A stretch of DNA of 64,000 nucleotides from an uncultured Bacilli bacterium. Its GTDB lineage: Bacteria > Bacillota_I > Bacilli_A > RF39 > UBA660. Within the stretch, counting starts at the first letter, position 1, and each line of letters starts with the position of its first letter. The stretch is taken from NCBI GenBank assembly GCA_934129945.1, contig CAKOXC010000002.1:157664-221663 (forward strand), in the 5' to 3' direction. The notes under the pieces were generated by a model that was not told the origin of the DNA, did not search any database, and saw nothing but the letters and a program-made list of their open reading frames with translations. Shown here in pieces: positions 46,878 through 54,894 of this stretch. The position numbers were made by a program, and so were the translations under genes.

Positions 46878-47797
46878 ATCCTTTCAATTATTCTTAATTT
46901 AGCACTTTTACTTCTAGAATTTTCTAAAAGTTCTTTTTCAGTTGCCACTAATGGATGCTTATTTATTAATTTTATTTTAGCTTGATATTCTAATGGTATT
47001 TCAGGAAGACCTTTAAAAATATCACTAACTTCACTATTTTCTTTAAATATTTTCTTTACAATTCTATCTTCTAAAGAATGGAATGTTATTACGCATATTC
47101 TTCCTTTAGAATTAAGTAAATTTATTGCATCAGGTAAAACACTTTCTAATACACTAAGTTCTTTATTTACTTCAATTCTTATAGCTTGAAATATATTTCT
47201 TTCAGGATGTTTTTCTTTAAAGTATTTTATACCTACTGCATTTTTTATTATTTCTACTAATTCTAATGTTGTAGAAATTTCTTTATCTTTACGATATTCA
47301 ACTATTTTTTTAGCTATAGCTTTAGATGTCTTTTCCTCACCATATCTAAAAAATATTTCTTTTAATTTTTCTTCACTGTACTCATTTACAACATTTTTGG
47401 CACTAAATGGATTGTCTAAATCCATTCGCATATCAAGTTTTCCATCTTTCATAAATGAAAAACCTCTTGTGGCATCATCAATTTGAGGTGAAGAAAAACC
47501 CAAATCAAATAAAATACCATCTACTTTTGTTACTCCATCTTCTAATAATTTTTCTTTCATATTTGAAAAATTACTATGATAAATTTTAAAATTATTGGAA
47601 ATTGCACTAAGAGTTTTTGTCGACTCTTTTATGGCAATTTCATCATTATCGAAGCAGTACAACTTCCCCGTAGTCAGTCTTTTTAATATTTCTTTGCTAT
47701 GCCCAGCATAACCAAGAGTTGCATCAACATAAATACCATCTTCTTTGATATTTAAATTTTCAATGCATTCATTTAATAATACACTATAATGTTTCAT
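46874..47797 (-). CDS. rsmH: 16S rRNA m4C1402 methyltransferase RsmH
   Basis: HYSVLLNE, DATLGYAGHS, DLGFSSPQID and FHSLEDR motifs. Confidence 0.93.
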   Translation of the reverse strand: MKHYSVLLNECIENLNIKEDGIYVDATLGYAGHSKEILKRLTTGKLYCFDNDEIAIKESTKTLSAISNNFKIYHSNFSNMKEKLLEDGVTKVDGILFDLGFSSPQIDDATRGFSFMKDGKLDMRMDLDNPFSAKNVVNEYSEEKLKEIFFRYGEEKTSKAIAKKIVEYRKDKEISTTLELVEIIKNAVGIKYFKEKHPERNIFQAIRIEVNKELSVLESVLPDAINLLNSKGRICVITFHSLEDRIVKKIFKENSEVSDIFKGLPEIPLEYQAKIKLINKHPLVATEKELLENSRSKSAKLRIIERI

Positions 47798-48225
47798 TAT
47801 TCCTCCAAGAATAGATTTTCAGCTATATCTTCAAGTTTTGAAGAATTAACATCCATAAAATCATTCCAGCCTTTATCTGACCAAATTTCTATACGGTCGT
47901 TGGCACCGATAATGACACATTCCTTATCAATACCGGCGTAACTAACCAGTGGGGAGGTAATGTTTATTCGACCCTGACGATCAAATTCACATTCAGTAGC
48001 ACCAGAAAAGAAGGATCTTATAAAAATACGGGCATCTTTTTTTGTAAAAGGTAGAGACTTTAACTTTGCTACTAAGCTATTCCATTCATTCATAGAATAA
48101 ACATACAAGCAATTTTCAAGGCCGCGAGTAATGATAAAATTATTACCTAATTCGCTGCGGAACTTATTAGGTATAACGAGACGACCTTTTTCATCAATAT
48201 TATGATGAAATTCACCCATGAACAT
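47797..48225 (-). CDS. mraZ: transcriptional regulator MraZ
   Basis: MFMGEFHHNIDEKGRL... with two SpoVT/AbrB-like halves. The ATG at 48225 follows a GGGGGA SD. The ORF-track extension to 48258 covers the operator repeats. Confidence 0.9.
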   Translation of the reverse strand: MFMGEFHHNIDEKGRLVIPNKFRSELGNNFIITRGLENCLYVYSMNEWNSLVAKLKSLPFTKKDARIFIRSFFSGATECEFDRQGRINITSPLVSYAGIDKECVIIGANDRIEIWSDKGWNDFMDVNSSKLEDIAENLFLEE

Positions 48226-48233
48226 TATAATCC

Positions 48234-48268
48234 CCCACTTTCTACCACAATGTACCACTGTCTACCAT
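48234..48268 (-). promoter_or_regulatory. MraZ operator: four GTGG[GT]/ATGGT direct repeats at exact 10-bp phasing, next to a TATAAT box
   Basis: Minus strand reads TATAATGGTAGACAGTGGTACATTGTGGTAGAAAGTGGGGG. Repeats start at 48268, 48258, 48248 and 48238, and TATAAT is at 48267-48272. Confidence 0.65.
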
Positions 48269-48278
48269 TATAATACAT

Positions 48279-48313
48279 TAAAAAATGGTTAAAGTAAATA
48301 CTTTAACCATTTG
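48279..48313 (-). terminator. strong intrinsic terminator after the 401-aa ORF
   Basis: AATGGTTAAAGTA-aat-TACTTTAACCATT (13-bp perfect stem) flanked by A6 and T6 runs. Confidence 0.8.
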
Positions 48314-48334
48314 TTTTTTATAATTTTTTCTATT

Positions 48335-49540
48335 TTACATTTTACTTGTCAAAACTTTTTTCTTTTCTTTATCAAAAGAAATATAATTATTTAATTCATC
48401 ATATTTTTCTTCTCTAGTATATATTTGATAATTATTTATATCTTCCACTGAAATATTCATAATTGCTGAAATTTCGTCTAAACTTATCATATTATTTTTA
48501 GCAAGAATCAAATAATAAATTAATTGTTTTTCTATTGGTGACAGTTTAATTAATAACTCATCAAAATAATTACTACTAAATATATTAATTAAATATTTTG
48601 GATTGTATTCCATTATTGTATTAATAACAAAACTTAAAGAATAATAATCTAAATTACTTATATATGATTTTAATATAAAATTAGTGTCCACATTAAGAAG
48701 CAAAGATATCTTTCCTAAGGAATATTTTAATTCTGTTAATTTATAAATAATTGTATCCGTATAATTAAGAGCACTAGGAATTATTTTAACCTCTTGAGAT
48801 TCTACTGCTTCTTTTTCTTCCTTTAATTTTTCATTATAAGAATGTTTAATTTTTGATGAATTTAATTTTAAGTTATTTTTATTTTTTAATTTTCTTCTTA
48901 TAGAAGATTTAAAATTTTCATATAAAGTACTTTCTTGTTTAGTAAATATCATATTCCTATTTAGGGTATCATAATTTTCGCCATATTTTCTTACTACTAA
49001 TTTATATGCTTGACTTTCTTTATTTTTATCAAGGAATTCGCTAACAAATATTTTCACTTCTTCTTTTTCTTTATCTGACATATTATCTTCATAAAACCAT
49101 TCAAAAAATGAAACTTTTTTTACTCGGATTGCCATATTACCAGTTTTAATTTTATTTTTTATAGCAACTTTAAAATTTTCATATAAAATGCTTTCTTGTC
49201 TATTAAAAGTTATATTTTCATTTAGTGTATCATAATTTTCGCCATATTTTCTCACAACTAATTCATATGCTTGACTTCCTTTAGTGTTATCAAGATACTT
49301 GATAACAAATGCTTTTACCTCTTCTTTTTCTTTATCCGTCATATTATCATCATAAAAATATTCAAAAAATGAATACTTTAATTTTGAATTATTTTTTCGA
49401 TTATTATTTACTCTTTTTCCTAATAATTCATAATAATCTTTAGCTTGATTAATTAACTCAGGCATCTTTTTTAACATAACATTTAAATAATTTTTATAAT
49501 TATCATAACTAATATTTAATATTTCACAAATTTTATCCAA
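48335..49540 (-). CDS. distal part of a multi-HTH (sigma-70 region-4-like repeat) protein; probably one gene with 49516-50454
   Basis: Only a TTG start with no SD. Contains two ~80-aa near-identical repeats (SFFE[YW]FY[DE]DNM[TS]DKEKEEVK.FV...L...K.SQAY[EK]LVVRKYGENYDTLN) and a C-terminal LSPIEKQLIYYLI...ISLDEISAIMNISVEDI HTH. Confidence 0.7.
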   Translation of the reverse strand: MDKICEILNISYDNYKNYLNVMLKKMPELINQAKDYYELLGKRVNNNRKNNSKLKYSFFEYFYDDNMTDKEKEEVKAFVIKYLDNTKGSQAYELVVRKYGENYDTLNENITFNRQESILYENFKVAIKNKIKTGNMAIRVKKVSFFEWFYEDNMSDKEKEEVKIFVSEFLDKNKESQAYKLVVRKYGENYDTLNRNMIFTKQESTLYENFKSSIRRKLKNKNNLKLNSSKIKHSYNEKLKEEKEAVESQEVKIIPSALNYTDTIIYKLTELKYSLGKISLLLNVDTNFILKSYISNLDYYSLSFVINTIMEYNPKYLINIFSSNYFDELLIKLSPIEKQLIYYLILAKNNMISLDEISAIMNISVEDINNYQIYTREEKYDELNNYISFDKEKKKVLTSKM

Positions 49541-50454
49541 ACTTTTTTTTCACATTCGAAACCATAAGTTAAGCAAAATACTTTCTTTTCAATAGTATCT
49601 TTTTCAAATCCAATAGCAATTTTTAATATTGCATCATTTACATGAAATTTATTTTTTAAATCTTCGATATCTTTTATAACTAAATATTTAGATTTACTCT
49701 CCTTCATTTTATTTATGGCTTCGATTATTTTTGTATCATTTGATTTTTCTAAAAAAATTCTTACTTTTTTTAATGCTTTACCCATGCTTACTTCATATTC
49801 TGCTAATTCTATTTTTTGTTCTAGCCTTACCAAGATATTATCAATTCTTGATTGCTCCATGTAACTAACTTTTTCAGAATTCATCCCATCAAAATTTTCA
49901 CCATATTTCTTTGTTAAAATAGAAAAAGAAATTGGTTCAGTTTTCTTTAATACTCCAAGAACCATTTCTACAATACTTTTATCGTATTTAGAAAATAATT
50001 CATAAATTGATTTAATTGTAATATCATATTTCATATCTAAAGCTTCTTTTTTATGCAATTGATTTTTATAGGCCAAATTAATATTCTGCACTAATTCCTT
50101 ATAAAATAGTTGGCCTTCTTCATAATTTTTTACTGTAAAATCAAATGCTTCATCATAATTTTCTTTTTGTTTTTCATGAGATATATTAACAATATCTTTT
50201 TTCCTCTTTCTTAAATAAAATTCATTATATTTTTCAAAATATATCGATAAAGCTTCATATATATCATGATTTTGATTTTTTGCTAACTTAATTAGCCTTA
50301 ATATAAATTCATATTCTAATTGAGCATTAAAATCTTCGGAACTATTATTACATGAAATTTCATACGATTCATTAAACAATTTTGTAATTTCTTCATCAAA
50401 ATTTAAATATTCAATTTTTTTCTTATATTTTTCTAAATATTCATTTTTGTCCAT
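49516..50454 (-). CDS. proximal part of the multi-HTH protein
   Basis: ATG at 50454 (MDKNEYLEKY), with promoter TTGATT-17-TATTAT upstream. Contains SIYELFSKYDKSIVEMVLGVLKKTEPISFSILTKKYGENFDG. It ends ...KKVFCLTYGFECEKK just before the A8 run. Confidence 0.7.
   Translation of the reverse strand: MDKNEYLEKYKKKIEYLNFDEEITKLFNESYEISCNNSSEDFNAQLEYEFILRLIKLAKNQNHDIYEALSIYFEKYNEFYLRKRKKDIVNISHEKQKENYDEAFDFTVKNYEEGQLFYKELVQNINLAYKNQLHKKEALDMKYDITIKSIYELFSKYDKSIVEMVLGVLKKTEPISFSILTKKYGENFDGMNSEKVSYMEQSRIDNILVRLEQKIELAEYEVSMGKALKKVRIFLEKSNDTKIIEAINKMKESKSKYLVIKDIEDLKNKFHVNDAILKIAIGFEKDTIEKKVFCLTYGFECEKKVWIKFVKY
49543..49550 (-). other. A8 homopolymer: A_AAA_AAA_G slippery site or indel hotspot joining the two ORFs
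   Basis: Minus strand reads GAA TGT GAA AAA AAA GTT in frame 0. A -1 slip or a 1-nt insertion reads on as AGT TTG GAT AAA ATT TGT, giving ...GFECEKK-SLDKICEILNISYDNY. Confidence 0.6.
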
Positions 50455-50569
50455 AATTAACACGCCCTATTAAAATTAATATAACTTTTGTTTTATTTAT
50501 TTTTTATAATATCAAAATAAATGTTATAAATCAAATTAAATATTTAAATTATTATTTTGTTATAAAAAA

Positions 50570-50594
50570 AAGAAAAAACATTCATTTTGAATGT
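50570..50594 (-). terminator. intrinsic terminator of rpmF
   Basis: Minus strand has ACATTCA-aaa-TGAATGT followed by TTTTTT, 3 nt after the stop. Confidence 0.7.
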
Positions 50595-50596
50595 CT

Positions 50597-50788
50597 TTAT
50601 TTTTCTTCTGTTGCTGTTGTTTTGATTACTTCGTTTCCTTTGTAATTTCCACATTTAGTACATGCACGATGAGGTCTTATGCTTGCACCACATTTTGAAC
50701 ATGTAGTTAAAGCTCCAACTTCTTTTTTTAAGTGAGTACGACGCATTCTTTTTTTAGTTTTACTTGTTCTTCTAAATGGAACTGCCAT
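50597..50788 (-). CDS. rpmF: 50S ribosomal protein L32 (zinc-ribbon form)
   Basis: [19 protein letters not shown]... with CSKCG...CTKCG. AAGGAG SD before the ATG at 50788. Confidence 0.92.
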   Translation of the reverse strand: MAVPFRRTSKTKKRMRRTHLKKEVGALTTCSKCGASIRPHRACTKCGNYKGNEVIKTTATEEK

Positions 50789-50792
50789 AGTT

Positions 50793-51278
50793 TCACTCCT
50801 TCCCAGTATCATCAAGTAGCTCAGTTAACTTTGCTAGTCTTGGATCGATTTCTTTTTTCTTCTCATTTTTTATATCCCAACCATTACCAACATTCTTAAT
50901 TTTATCAATAGAACTGTTAGTAATTCTCATAGGGACTTCCAATACAATATTTTGCCATAAAATGCCCATAATATCAAGTGTATTTTTCAATTTTTCGTAA
51001 TATTCTTTGATTTCTTCATTATTTTCGTCAATTATATAGTCAATTTCAAATGAAAATGGATATTCTACATCTTCTAAAGTAATTGAATCTGGTAATATCA
51101 TTGTTCCACTACAAATGCCTTCTATTTTTAAATTATCATCAAAGTCAAAATATATTTTACCATTAAAACTTACATTTTCTAATTTTCTTATATCAGTATT
51201 TTTTAAATAACTATCATCATAATTATATTTTTCGTTTATAAAATATTCATTTTTTACTTTATTCAAATCTATAATCAT
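50793..51278 (-). CDS. yceD: YceD/DUF177 family protein (large-subunit rRNA accumulation factor)
   Basis: 161 aa immediately upstream of rpmF, as is conserved across bacteria. Acidic, with the typical length and layout. Confidence 0.75.
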   Translation of the reverse strand: MIIDLNKVKNEYFINEKYNYDDSYLKNTDIRKLENVSFNGKIYFDFDDNLKIEGICSGTMILPDSITLEDVEYPFSFEIDYIIDENNEEIKEYYEKLKNTLDIMGILWQNIVLEVPMRITNSSIDKIKNVGNGWDIKNEKKKEIDPRLAKLTELLDDTGKE

Positions 51279-51292
51279 ATATAAGCTCCTAA

Positions 51293-51922
51293 CTAAGTCT
51301 CTTGACCTGTAATATAACTTGAAACTTCTAATTTCAAATAAATATATTTACCTATATTTGTCTCATCCAAATCTTCATCAAGCCACAATTTTAAAACATG
51401 ACTATTAATACTATTATTTTCATTAACCGTTCCAGTATAAATTTCATACTTATCTATTCCAGAATCATTTTTCATATTTATATCACTAATTTTAGAAATA
51501 GTATTATTCCCATCTTTATTAGTTTGAATATTAAACTTTATTAAACTTAAATCTTTAAACAATTCACCACTAATTTTTTTATTAGCAACATCATTATTAT
51601 AGTCAGATTCATTAACATACATATAAACTTTATATGTTACAGGAAGACTACCTGTATTTTTTACACTAAAACTATATCCTGTTTGTTCAAGCCCTTTGTT
51701 ATTACTCATTGGTAATAATTCTTTATAAGAATTGTTTGTTATATACCCATTACTACTAGCATATTCTACTTGCAATGTTCCTGTTGTTACAACTTGATTA
51801 TTAGAGTTATCAGTAACTTGCATGAATAAGGCATAAGATACACCTAGAACTATAACTATCATAACAAGTACAACCATTATCATTATTTTAGTTTCTCTTT
51901 TTACTATTTTTGTATATTTCAT
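51293..51922 (-). CDS. small secreted/anchored protein with a TasA/camelysin-like N-terminal module
   Basis: AGGTGA SD before the ATG at 51922. LGVSYALFMQVTDNSNNQVVTTGTLQVEY resembles the SipW-type TasA/CalY N-terminus (A.F.d...s.NN.f..GtL.l). Homologous to 35187-35732. Confidence 0.75.
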   Translation of the reverse strand: MKYTKIVKRETKIMIMVVLVMIVIVLGVSYALFMQVTDNSNNQVVTTGTLQVEYASSNGYITNNSYKELLPMSNNKGLEQTGYSFSVKNTGSLPVTYKVYMYVNESDYNNDVANKKISGELFKDLSLIKFNIQTNKDGNNTISKISDINMKNDSGIDKYEIYTGTVNENNSINSHVLKLWLDEDLDETNIGKYIYLKLEVSSYITGQET

Positions 51923-51973
51923 ATAATCACCTAGTATCAACACTATTTTATCAAATTTTTATTATTTAAACAA

Positions 51974-52984
51974 TCATTTTTGAAAATAATATTTCTTTGT
52001 TACAATTAAAATTATAAATAACAATATTATCAAAGGAAAATAAAATGATAAAGTTCTACATATAACCATTGCAGATGTAAAATAAATTCCAAAGCATGTT
52101 TTAAATAAATATTTAGAAATAAATTCTGATACTCCAACTCCTCCAGGTAATATGATACTTTCACATGCTATTTGGACAAATATTTGTAATAATAATATTT
52201 CAAAATAATTTAATGTATTAAATCTAAAACTTCTATAAATTACATATGTAATTGAAAATAACAATATTCTTTGAATAAATGTAATAATTATAGATATTAC
52301 AATTGTTTTTTTATTTTCATTTATAAATTTAGCTTCATCTACATATTTTTCTAAAATTTCTACAATGGTATTATTATAATCTTTTTTATTTTTAGATAAC
52401 CTATTTTTTAATTTATAAAATATTTTTAAAATTACAGCGATAATTCTTTGATTATACATTAAAAGTAAGCATCCAATTATCATTAAAATATCAATTAATA
52501 AACCTAAAAAGAATAACATTTCAATTAAAAGACCATTATTAAAAACTAATTCTTTAGAAAAGATTAGAATTAAAATTCCTCCAACTACAAAAAATAATTT
52601 AAAAATCATTGTATTAAGAATTAAAGCAATTATTGATTTTCTCATAGGGATTTTATCTTTAGTCATATAATAAAGTTGGATTGGTTGACCACCAGTAGAA
52701 CTCGGTGTTATTGCACTAAAGAAAAACTCTACTATTGAATAATATATGCCTTGAAAAAGCGTGATATCTTCATTTTCACTTTTTAAAATCAATTTAAAAT
52801 ATGTACCTTGGCATATAAAGTATAATATAATTAATATTAAGCAAATTAATATAAATACTAATGAAACATTTTTTATATTATTATAAATTGTACTAAAACT
52901 ATAGTTATGAAATATTATAAAAAATGTTATAAATATTAAAAAAATAAATATAATCCCTGAAATTATTATGTTTTTCTTTTTCAT
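51974..52984 (-). CDS. polytopic membrane protein of the flippase-like / lysyl-PG synthase TM-domain family (UPF0104)
   Basis: About 8 TM helices. PSSTGGQPIQLYYM resembles the conserved loop of that family. Confidence 0.6.
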   Translation of the reverse strand: MKKKNIIISGIIFIFLIFITFFIIFHNYSFSTIYNNIKNVSLVFILICLILIILYFICQGTYFKLILKSENEDITLFQGIYYSIVEFFFSAITPSSTGGQPIQLYYMTKDKIPMRKSIIALILNTMIFKLFFVVGGILILIFSKELVFNNGLLIEMLFFLGLLIDILMIIGCLLLMYNQRIIAVILKIFYKLKNRLSKNKKDYNNTIVEILEKYVDEAKFINENKKTIVISIIITFIQRILLFSITYVIYRSFRFNTLNYFEILLLQIFVQIACESIILPGGVGVSEFISKYLFKTCFGIYFTSAMVICRTLSFYFPLIILLFIILIVTKKYYFQK

Positions 52985-53004
52985 AAAACCACTCTTATCT
53001 TTTC

Positions 53005-53301
53005 TTAGTTAAAAGGTTCTAAATACATTATTTCTTTACCTAATTTTTTAGCAAATTCAATTTCCTTAGCTGTAGACTCTCCAATATAACCATTTATATT
53101 TATTACATAGATAGCATCACTAATTTTTATTTTATCATAATGTAACTTTGCTAAAGTTTGTTTTTCTTTTTCATTAAATTTAACATTACTATATATACAT
53201 TGAATAACAACATATTTATTTTTTATTTCTAATTTTTCAGCTACTTCCATCATTTTTTCTTTAAATTTCATACTTCCACATATAGTAACAACTTTATTCA
53301 T
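53005..53301 (-). CDS. small hypothetical protein; nucleoside 2-deoxyribosyltransferase-like Rossmann fold suspected (weak)
   Basis: AAGGAG SD. VTICGSMKF...AIYVININGYIGESTAKEIEFAKKLGKEIMYLE fits the pattern of that superfamily. Confidence 0.6.
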   Translation of the reverse strand: MNKVVTICGSMKFKEKMMEVAEKLEIKNKYVVIQCIYSNVKFNEKEKQTLAKLHYDKIKISDAIYVININGYIGESTAKEIEFAKKLGKEIMYLEPFN

Positions 53302-53328
53302 TCTTACACTCCTTAAATATTGTAAAAA

Positions 53329-54162
53329 TCACTCTAGATTATCTCCTATTTTTACAATTGTTTCAATATCATTTTTAGAATTATTTAAAATTATTTCATT
53401 CAAGTTAATCTTATCTTTTTTAAATAAATAAATTATTGTTGAACCGCCGAATTCAAAATGCCCTTTTTCATCACCTTTTTTAAAATTATCATATTTATTA
53501 TTTACTATTTTACCAATCATCATTGCACCAACTTCAATAATATAAACTTCTTCATATTTTTTATTTTTAACCAGAGTTATTTCTCGATCATTTTCTTTAA
53601 AAACTTTATATTTTTTTTGTGCTATTGGTTGAACTGTATGTAATTTACCTAAAATATGTTTAGTTTTTATAACACTACCATCAAAAGGATAAATATATCT
53701 ATGATAATCATCAACACATAAACGATATACCAAACAATACCCACCTTTAAAATCATCAACATTTTCTTCTACTAGTTCGTCTAACGTATAAATAGAATTT
53801 TTTATGTTAAGAGATAAATTTTCATCGATTTTATAAACTGATAATTTTGCATCGCAAGGACTTATAAAACCCTTATCTAAATTCTTTTTTTCTTGTTTAA
53901 TTTTTCTTGTAAAAAAATCATTAAATGATTTATAAGAAACATTTTCATATCTAGAAATATCTATATTATTCTTCTGTATAAACCTTTTTATTTTTAATTT
54001 AGATAGTGATGATGTGATATAGAATCTATAAATATTAGCTACTGTTTTAGTTGTTAAGAGTTTTAATAAAACTCTGCCAATAAAACAGTTGTATAAAAGA
54101 CTTAAAGTCTTACTTTCTTTAGCCGGTATCAACTTTTTACTATTATAATCAAAATATTTCAT
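53329..54162 (-). CDS. psd: phosphatidylserine decarboxylase proenzyme
   Basis: FEFGGSTII self-cleavage (GST) motif and DYHRY motif. The ATG at 54162 overlaps the pssA stop (TAATG). Confidence 0.88.
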   Translation of the reverse strand: MKYFDYNSKKLIPAKESKTLSLLYNCFIGRVLLKLLTTKTVANIYRFYITSSLSKLKIKRFIQKNNIDISRYENVSYKSFNDFFTRKIKQEKKNLDKGFISPCDAKLSVYKIDENLSLNIKNSIYTLDELVEENVDDFKGGYCLVYRLCVDDYHRYIYPFDGSVIKTKHILGKLHTVQPIAQKKYKVFKENDREITLVKNKKYEEVYIIEVGAMMIGKIVNNKYDNFKKGDEKGHFEFGGSTIIYLFKKDKINLNEIILNNSKNDIETIVKIGDNLE

Positions 54163-54788
54163 TAAATCACCATAAGAAGTGTTATTAATATAACTGCTAA
54201 AACAGGAATAATTATGTACCAAGCTCCTTTTAGTTTAGGAACTTTTATATTTACAACCATCAAAATAGAAGTTAACAATGTAAGTATGATATAAAGTAAT
54301 TTAAATATATGTGCTGGAACTATAGTATGAAAAAGTCCAAGTAATGGATATGTTATAGCAGTTGATGTTACTGGAAGACCACGATATGTATTAATTGCTT
54401 TTTCTTTATCACTAGAAACAACATTAAATGATGCAAGTCTATTAATACCACATAACATAAAGATGGCATAAACAACTATTTCAAATGGTCTTATCATTCC
54501 AAGACTCATCATAAAAACTACAGGTACAGCTAAAAAACAAAAAGTATCACATAAACTATCAAGTTGGACACCTATTTCTTTTTGTTCTTCTGTTCTTTTA
54601 AACATCCTCGCAAATTTTCCGTCAAGCATATCACATACTCCAGAAAATACTAAACAAGCTAATGAAAATCTTACATATTCACCACTAGCAAAAGCCATTT
54701 TAGAAAATGAATAAAATAAAGCCATTATTCCTGATACTAATCCCATATAAGTTACTAAATTTGATTTGTGAAATTTTGCAAAAAACAT
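54162..54788 (-). CDS. pssA: CDP-diacylglycerol-serine O-phosphatidyltransferase
   Basis: CDP-alcohol phosphatidyltransferase motif DMLDGKFAR...G..LDSLCD, polytopic, followed by psd. Confidence 0.88.
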   Translation of the reverse strand: MFFAKFHKSNLVTYMGLVSGIMALFYSFSKMAFASGEYVRFSLACLVFSGVCDMLDGKFARMFKRTEEQKEIGVQLDSLCDTFCFLAVPVVFMMSLGMIRPFEIVVYAIFMLCGINRLASFNVVSSDKEKAINTYRGLPVTSTAITYPLLGLFHTIVPAHIFKLLYIILTLLTSILMVVNIKVPKLKGAWYIIIPVLAVILITLLMVI

Positions 54789-54894
54789 AATACTACTCTA
54801 CTCCTTTAAATATAAAATCAAATTGTTTAAGATTTTAATATTTTTTTATCTTTATATAGTATACCTCATATTTAACTAAAAGCCTAGAAAAATT

